From Silvanigrellaceae bacterium (lineage in GTDB: Bacteria; Bdellovibrionota_B; Oligoflexia; Silvanigrellales; Silvanigrellaceae), in contig JBMSQQ010000090.1 in the NCBI GenBank assembly GCA_049423385.1, forward strand, positions 1 through 13,767: a stretch of 13,767 nt of DNA, written 5' to 3'. The stretch's first letter is position 1; every line of letters starts with the position of its first letter. A model generated the notes under the pieces. It did not search any database, was not told where the DNA came from, and saw only the letters and a program-made list of their open reading frames with translations. Below, one piece after another: positions 8,508-13,767 of the stretch. A program made the translations under genes and the position numbers.

Positions 8508-8864
8508 CTACTTCCCAAGATTATTCAACAAGAGACGAAAGTGGGGAGAAAAGTTCTTGATAAAAAAATAGATTTGGTTTGCAAGATCCTCATTGTACGC
8601 ATGAGAAGTCTGATTTCGTTTTTCAAGAGCTTCGAACCAAACCTGAACGTCATCGATATAAGCGTTTTTTGCCATTTCACGAACAACCTGTTTTGGGGCT
8701 GTGGTTTGTGTTCCCATGACTTTCCGCGCTGTTTTCCATGCCAGTTCGATACAAAACTCGAATCGCTGAATGGAAGCATCTCGAACAATGTCATCCAAAG
8801 GACGAGTCAAAACGTGCTCCAAAGCAACAACAGCTTTTTCAATTTCTTCAATCGAAACCGACAT
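8508..8864 (-). CDS. HEPN-domain toxin, HI0074 family (nucleotidyltransferase substrate-binding protein / HepT-like RNase), 118 aa
   Basis: Family signature RDASIQRFEFCIELAWK, APKQVVRE, and HEPN motif RNQTSHAY (R-X4-H-X-Y). Adjacent to an MNT gene. ATG at 8864 is 4 nt after the HDAC stop, with AGGTGA upstream. Confidence 0.9.
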   Translation of the reverse strand: MSVSIEEIEKAVVALEHVLTRPLDDIVRDASIQRFEFCIELAWKTARKVMGTQTTAPKQVVREMAKNAYIDDVQVWFEALEKRNQTSHAYNEDLANQIYFFIKNFSPHFRLLLNNLGK

Positions 8865-8868
8865 ACGC

Positions 8869-9906
8869 TCACCTGCCAACCAAAGAGTCCGAAATACGAT
8901 CCGGCAGCACACCCATCAAAAACTGCGCGTGCACTCGCCAGTTGTCAGGGCCATATCCACCGGCCATCACATACGCTTGCGGTATGCCGCGCTGTTGCAG
9001 CCAATCATGCACCAAACGTGTGCGCTCAACACATTGCTCAAGAGTCAGCTTCAAAGGCATGGCACTTTTGAGCACATCTTTTTCATATGGGTCGCTCCCA
9101 TCCACCACCAATGCCAAATCGGGAAACCGCTCCGAGCTGCAAACTTCGAGCTGGCGCAAACCGTTGCGCAGCATTTCAAGATAGGTTGCTTCACCACCCT
9201 CAGGAACCGGAACATCGACCGTGCTGGGCCAAAAACATCGCTTGAGTTGCCCATTCTCATCCAATGGAGATTCATCGAGCGGCCAACCATTTCGCATGTG
9301 GATGCTCAGGGTTTGAACCGTGTCGTCGGCAATGGTGATTTCGGCAGTGCCGTCACCTTTGTGTGCGTCCAGATCAATAACCCACACATTGACAATGCGT
9401 TTCTTGTGCTGAAGATCTCGAACTGCGACCATCAGATCGTTGATCACACAAAAGCCTCGCCCACCCTGCGTCATGGCGTGATGAGCCCCACCTCCCAGGA
9501 AATAACAAAAGCCTTTTTCGAGCGCGATTTCACAAGCCAAGAGAGTACCGGCGGCATGCGCAAGACGCTTTTCAACCAACTCCTGCATGGGACGATTTGA
9601 TGCGGAAGGTAGCCAGCGTTCGTTGAATGAACCATCGGCATTCAAAAATTCAAAAACTTCACCCATGACTTTCAGGGGATCGGAAGACAGCAGAGCATTC
9701 ACATATTTTTCGTCATGCACACGCAGCAACTGTTCGCGCGAAAATGGTTTTGGATCTGCGCTGACCAACCAACGTGCAACGCATTCACGCAACCTGGGAT
9801 GGTCGCGCAATGCGGCAAGTGTGTTGGTGTAGCGATCAGCAAGCAGGGGAATTTGAATTCCGTAATCCTGCAAACTCGCATTCGAATTTTCAATCGACAA
9901 AATCAT
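8869..9906 (-). CDS. Histone deacetylase-family Zn-dependent amidohydrolase (class IV/HDAC11-like)
   Basis: Motifs LLRVHD, GGGAHHA, GFCVIND, DLDAHKGDGT, SIH, GSDPYEKD and AGGYG (catalytic His-His, Asp/His/Asp Zn ligands, Tyr). ATG 9906 has GAGG 9 nt upstream; TTG 9921 is the alternative start. Confidence 0.92.
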   Translation of the reverse strand: MILSIENSNASLQDYGIQIPLLADRYTNTLAALRDHPRLRECVARWLVSADPKPFSREQLLRVHDEKYVNALLSSDPLKVMGEVFEFLNADGSFNERWLPSASNRPMQELVEKRLAHAAGTLLACEIALEKGFCYFLGGGAHHAMTQGGRGFCVINDLMVAVRDLQHKKRIVNVWVIDLDAHKGDGTAEITIADDTVQTLSIHMRNGWPLDESPLDENGQLKRCFWPSTVDVPVPEGGEATYLEMLRNGLRQLEVCSSERFPDLALVVDGSDPYEKDVLKSAMPLKLTLEQCVERTRLVHDWLQQRGIPQAYVMAGGYGPDNWRVHAQFLMGVLPDRISDSLVGR

Positions 9907-9917
9907 TCGCGTCGGCC

Positions 9918-11360
9918 TCAATCAGCGCTTTCATCTTCGGGCGGTTCAATCGGCTGCATGTTCTTGCACCCTTCGCCTTTGAGGGCCTTGTCCAATGCCG
10001 AAAGCAAAACCGGCGCCCCATCACGATGAACCGAGAGATCAGTCCAATACTTCAAATCGGGCTTTTCGTAATCTTCTGGATCAACAAAATAACCAAGCCA
10101 GTCTTGTCCCAGTCCCATCCACACGGGCTGGCGTCCGGCGAACACTGCGGAATCCAAATTACGGACAACCTTGGGAAAGACTTCTCCGGGAATCGAAGTG
10201 AAGACGAGGTTGCCAACACTCAAGGTGCTGACCCGTGAACCAATGGTTCCTCCCTTGACTCGGGTTTCCACCACCTTCAATGTACTCGCCAGCTTGAAAA
10301 GCTTGTTGTCGACAGGAAAAGCAACGGGCACATGGCACACCGCAACACCCGCGGAAGAGAATTCGCCGGCTTCCTCGCTGGCTCGTGCCACTGATTGTGC
10401 CAAACGGAAACCGACTGTGGATGCCTTGCGGTATCCATCCTTGACGTCGGGATCACGATCTCCTTCCGGAAACAGATCATCCACAACATCTGGATCTCCT
10501 TCCGGCGGGACGTTTGGATAGACCTTGCCCATAATCCCGTTGACATAAACATGTGGCCCAGGGCCAATCAGGCGTTCCATGCTGCGGCGAAAGCCACCCA
10601 CGAAGTCCGATGAAAGAGCGTTGTTCTCCATGCCAAGAACGGTGGGATGCGCTGCCCACTGGGTGAGTGTTCCAATGAGATGATCATCACGCGTCGAGTA
10701 AAATGCGAGTGAAGTGAAGGCGTCCTGAACTTCCTGCGGATTGGTCAGGGCCGACGTTGAATTGGCGTGCCGCCCGAGGCGCTGTGTGACGCGCGCAGGT
10801 TCGAGTCGGGCAAAGGCATCGCGCACGGCCTGCAGAGCTGCAGTTTCTATTTGTTCTGCGTAACGTTTGTTTCGACCTGATTTGGGCAATGAGCCCCACA
10901 AACCCAAAGTGTCGGGTGAATGGTGCGTATGGGTTGCAGAGATGATGAGGCTCAGTTGGGGATCCACTGCCTGACGTGCCGCCTGTTCGATGCGCGAGAT
11001 CTGGGCTGCAGACAATCCCACCACGTCCAAAACAACCACCGCTGCCTTTTGACCGCTCACCGACTCAAAAGCAACGGCACTGGCCAGCAATGGATCATGC
11101 ACACCGGCCTGATTGAGCCTCGGCGTCTTGAGAAAATAAGTGCCATACCCGCCCATGGCCATGACATCGCGGGTGCTGATGTCGATTTGCGAGGCACCCA
11201 CTTTGAAGCTTTCCAAATCTGCACCAAGAGAGGGCAAAGACAGTCCTGCCGAAGAAGCAAGAACACAGCCAGTCACTGCAACAAAGCGATTCGGAAATGC
11301 CTGAAATCGAGATTGTTCTGATTTCTTTGAGCCAAAATTGCCAATCGAAGAATGAACCAT
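9918..11360 (-). CDS. Neutral/alkaline ceramidase-family (N-terminal domain) metallo-amidohydrolase, probably exported
   Basis: KVGASQIDIS, GVHDPLLASA, SATHTHHSPD (HTH Zn motif), AAHPT, LSSDFVG and IPGEVF are motifs of this family. Hydrophobic N-terminal segment VAVTGCVLASSAGLSLPSLGA. ATG 11360 has GGAG 8 nt upstream; GTG 11390 is the alternative. Confidence 0.8.
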   Translation of the reverse strand: MVHSSIGNFGSKKSEQSRFQAFPNRFVAVTGCVLASSAGLSLPSLGADLESFKVGASQIDISTRDVMAMGGYGTYFLKTPRLNQAGVHDPLLASAVAFESVSGQKAAVVVLDVVGLSAAQISRIEQAARQAVDPQLSLIISATHTHHSPDTLGLWGSLPKSGRNKRYAEQIETAALQAVRDAFARLEPARVTQRLGRHANSTSALTNPQEVQDAFTSLAFYSTRDDHLIGTLTQWAAHPTVLGMENNALSSDFVGGFRRSMERLIGPGPHVYVNGIMGKVYPNVPPEGDPDVVDDLFPEGDRDPDVKDGYRKASTVGFRLAQSVARASEEAGEFSSAGVAVCHVPVAFPVDNKLFKLASTLKVVETRVKGGTIGSRVSTLSVGNLVFTSIPGEVFPKVVRNLDSAVFAGRQPVWMGLGQDWLGYFVDPEDYEKPDLKYWTDLSVHRDGAPVLLSALDKALKGEGCKNMQPIEPPEDESAD

Positions 11361-11604
11361 GCCCCGCGCTCCGTCTCCGTTGATGTTCACGTGAGATTAA
11401 ACGAAACCGGCGAAACTGAAAATCCCGGAACATTCTGGTTCCATCTGATGCCGGCATTACGAAGGTAACACGCTCTTCGACAGTAAAAGGGGTCGGCAGT
11501 CACAGCGTCGACGTTTGCACTTCCGTGCGTTCAGTCTTAGCTTCAAAACCAATCGTTTCAATATCACTTCGCACTTTAAAAATGCTTCTGGAGAGCACAA
11601 AACC

Positions 11605-13767
11605 ATGCTGGCAGCGCATTCGCTTGAAGTCTACAAATTCGGTGGAACATCGGTTGGCTCATCTGCAGCAATTCAAAAAGCAACGTCGATTGTGAAGGCA
11701 ACGAGGTCCCGGCTGATAGTTGTTGTTTCGGCCATGGGGGGAATCACCGACTTGCTGCTTGAAACAGCAAAGAAAGCAGCAAACGGTGCGGATGCAGACA
11801 TAGATTTTGCAGTATCTGAATTTGTTCGCCGTCATCGCGAAGCAGTCGAGAATCTTCTAGCCGATTCTCGTCGAGCCACAGAACTGCGTCAGATCATCGA
11901 AAAATCCGCAGTCGAATTTCAATCGATCTGCAAAAGCCTGGCAGTGTTGGGCGAAGTCACACCTCGCATTCTTGATGTGTCGGTGGCACGCGGCGAGCGA
12001 CTCTCGGCGATGATCTTCCAGAGTTTCCTTCAGGAGGCCGGAGTCGATTCGATGGTTCTGGATGCCACCGAAATACTCTTTGTCGAAAAAAGGTTTTCAA
12101 ATCTCATTCCGAACCGTGAAAAATGTCTTGAAGCTGCAAACAAACGTCTCACCCCAGCACTCGATGCCGGTCGTGTGGTTGTCGTGCCAGGCTTTATTGC
12201 CACCGGTCCCGAAGGAGAATTGCTCACACTGGGCCGCGGCGGATCCGACTACTCGGCAACCCTGCTGGCCGAAGCCGTGGGCGCCACGAGCGTCACGCTT
12301 TTCAAGGAAGTGGATGGATTCCTCACAGCCGATCCTCGCTTTGTTGCCGATGCCCGTGTGGTTCCAGAACTCACCTATCGCGAGGCCGCTGAACTTGCCT
12401 ACTACGGAGCCAAGGTTCTTCACCCCAGAACCATCATTCCCTTGTTGTCGAATCGCATCCCGTTGACCATCAAAAACAGCCTTGCTCCCGATTTTCCTGG
12501 TACCAAAGTCAGTGATGATTGCCACGCCGTCGACTTTCCGGTGAAAGCTCTCACAGCCATGGTGAATCAGTCGATGATCACCGTCACAGGCAATGGAATG
12601 TTGGGCGTTCCAGGTGTTGCCAGCAAGACCTTCACAGCACTCGCCAACGTCGGTATTTCCGTTTCGGTCATCACCCAGGCCTCAAGCGAATCGAGTATCT
12701 GTTTTGTTGTTTCCAGCGAGCAGGCGAAGGCCGCGCAACGTTGCCTGAATGAAGCATTTGCATTCGAGCGCAGTGCCCGACTCATCGACGACGTTCACGT
12801 CGAACAACAGATAGCTGTGCTGGCAGTTGTGGGGCTCGGCATGAAGGGAACACCGGGAATCGCGGCCCGAGTCTTTTCGGCCATGTCACGCAAAAAGATC
12901 AACATCCTTGCAATCGCGCAGGGCTCATCCGAACTGAATATTTCGGTCGTGCTGCGTGAGTCCGACGTCAAGTCCGCTCTGCAGGAACTCCACGGCGAGT
13001 TTCGCCTCGAGAAACTCCGTCCTTTGCCCGAGCGGGTTGAAAAACACGTTGACCTGGTGACTTTGGGCAGCGGACAAATCGGACGCACCTTCATTCGCCA
13101 GATCATCGGCCAAAAACATTTCCTGGCGCAAACACTTGGCGTCAGCGCCAGCTGCATCGCCATATCCGACCGCAGTGGACCCGTTCTGAACATGAAAGGT
13201 TTCTCTGAAAGCGAATTGAACGACATCCTCGAAACCAAGGCACAGGGCGGAAAACTTCGCTCCGGTTCGCAAGGAAATTCTGGCAAGCCGCAAAATCCTG
13301 CTGAACAGATCATGGGTGTTGTGCGCAAAGATCTGTTCACCCACGCGGTGCAAAAAGGAATTGTGGTGGATGTGACCGGCGACGACACCCACAGCATGCT
13401 GCTTGAGTTTATTGAACAAGGGTACCACGTGGTGCTTGCCAACAACCGCCCACTGACGGTGCCCATGGATGCCTACAAACACATGCTGGAACGCGCTGCG
13501 GCACGCAAGGTTGCCATACGCTATGAAGCCACTGTTGGCGCAGGACTCCCAGTTCTTGACACCATCGCGAAATTGCAATCTGCCGGTGACCAGATTGAAA
13601 CAGTCCTTGGCTGCCTGTCGGGAACCTTGGGTTATATTTCAACCCAAATCGGCGCGGGCGTCCCGCTTTCACAGGCTGTGCGTGAAGCACGCCAACTTGG
13701 ATACACAGAACCACACCCTGCAGATGACTTGTCTGGTTTGGATGTCGCGCGCAAAGCACTCATTCTG
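11605..13767 (+). CDS. thrA: Bifunctional aspartokinase / homoserine dehydrogenase, partial (continues past the right edge; not in ORF track)
   Basis: Hand translation from ATG 11605 (GGAG upstream): YKFGGTSVG, VVVSAMGGITD, RGERLS, TLGRGGSDYSA, VDGFLTADPR, YGAKVLHP, two ACT domains (GMLGVPGVASKTF...QASSE; GMKGTPGIAARVF...AQGSSELNIS), then HSDH motifs GSGQIG, YEATVGAGLP, SGTLGYI and GYTEPHPADDLSGLDVARK. thrA versus metL cannot be fully resolved; two intact ACT domains favour ThrA-type. Confidence 0.93.
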   Translation, partial: MLAAHSLEVYKFGGTSVGSSAAIQKATSIVKATRSRLIVVVSAMGGITDLLLETAKKAANGADADIDFAVSEFVRRHREAVENLLADSRRATELRQIIEKSAVEFQSICKSLAVLGEVTPRILDVSVARGERLSAMIFQSFLQEAGVDSMVLDATEILFVEKRFSNLIPNREKCLEAANKRLTPALDAGRVVVVPGFIATGPEGELLTLGRGGSDYSATLLAEAVGATSVTLFKEVDGFLTADPRFVADARVVPELTYREAAELAYYGAKVLHPRTIIPLLSNRIPLTIKNSLAPDFPGTKVSDDCHAVDFPVKALTAMVNQSMITVTGNGMLGVPGVASKTFTALANVGISVSVITQASSESSICFVVSSEQAKAAQRCLNEAFAFERSARLIDDVHVEQQIAVLAVVGLGMKGTPGIAARVFSAMSRKKINILAIAQGSSELNISVVLRESDVKSALQELHGEFRLEKLRPLPERVEKHVDLVTLGSGQIGRTFIRQIIGQKHFLAQTLGVSASCIAISDRSGPVLNMKGFSESELNDILETKAQGGKLRSGSQGNSGKPQNPAEQIMGVVRKDLFTHAVQKGIVVDVTGDDTHSMLLEFIEQGYHVVLANNRPLTVPMDAYKHMLERAAARKVAIRYEATVGAGLPVLDTIAKLQSAGDQIETVLGCLSGTLGYISTQIGAGVPLSQAVREARQLGYTEPHPADDLSGLDVARKALIL

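Noticed and set aside
8541..9600. Plus-strand ORFs 8541..9071, 8738..9184 and 8770..9600
   Set aside because: Fully antisense to the motif-supported HEPN and HDAC genes.
11391..11604. Possible riboswitch (SAM/lysine) or Thr-rich attenuator leader upstream of thrA
   Set aside because: No SAM-I/II or lysine riboswitch core recognised and no terminator with a U-tract. The only mini-ORF noticed (MPALRR) has no Thr/Ile/Met run. An Infernal/Rfam scan would be decisive.
12030..13759. Minus-strand ORFs of up to 223 aa listed in the track
   Set aside because: Antisense to the aspartokinase/homoserine dehydrogenase frame, which has many diagnostic motifs.

Overview
A bacterial chromosomal window of roughly 50-56% GC with two lower-GC patches, and no RNA genes, CRISPR arrays or IS elements that I can support. 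From left to right: (1) a minus-strand pair of orphan secreted proteins, one of 321 aa that is beta-rich with 4 Cys, and one running off the left edge that the ORF track omits; (2) sbcD-sbcC (Mre11/Rad50-like nuclease) on the minus strand; (3) a divergent SDR oxidoreductase followed by an orphan lipoprotein and a 10-bp hairpin; (4) a tightly packed minus-strand run of a neutral/alkaline-ceramidase-family hydrolase, an HDAC-family deacylase, a HEPN (HI0074-family) toxin and an MNT nucleotidyltransferase antitoxin; (5) a bifunctional aspartokinase/homoserine dehydrogenase running off the right edge, also missing from the ORF track. The main observations are an in-frame TAG at codon 10 of the antitoxin beside an intact toxin, the secreted-protein pair as a candidate surface-fibre locus, the pairing of two amide-deacylase families, and a Lys-to-Asn change in the conserved ANK motif of the homoserine dehydrogenase domain.
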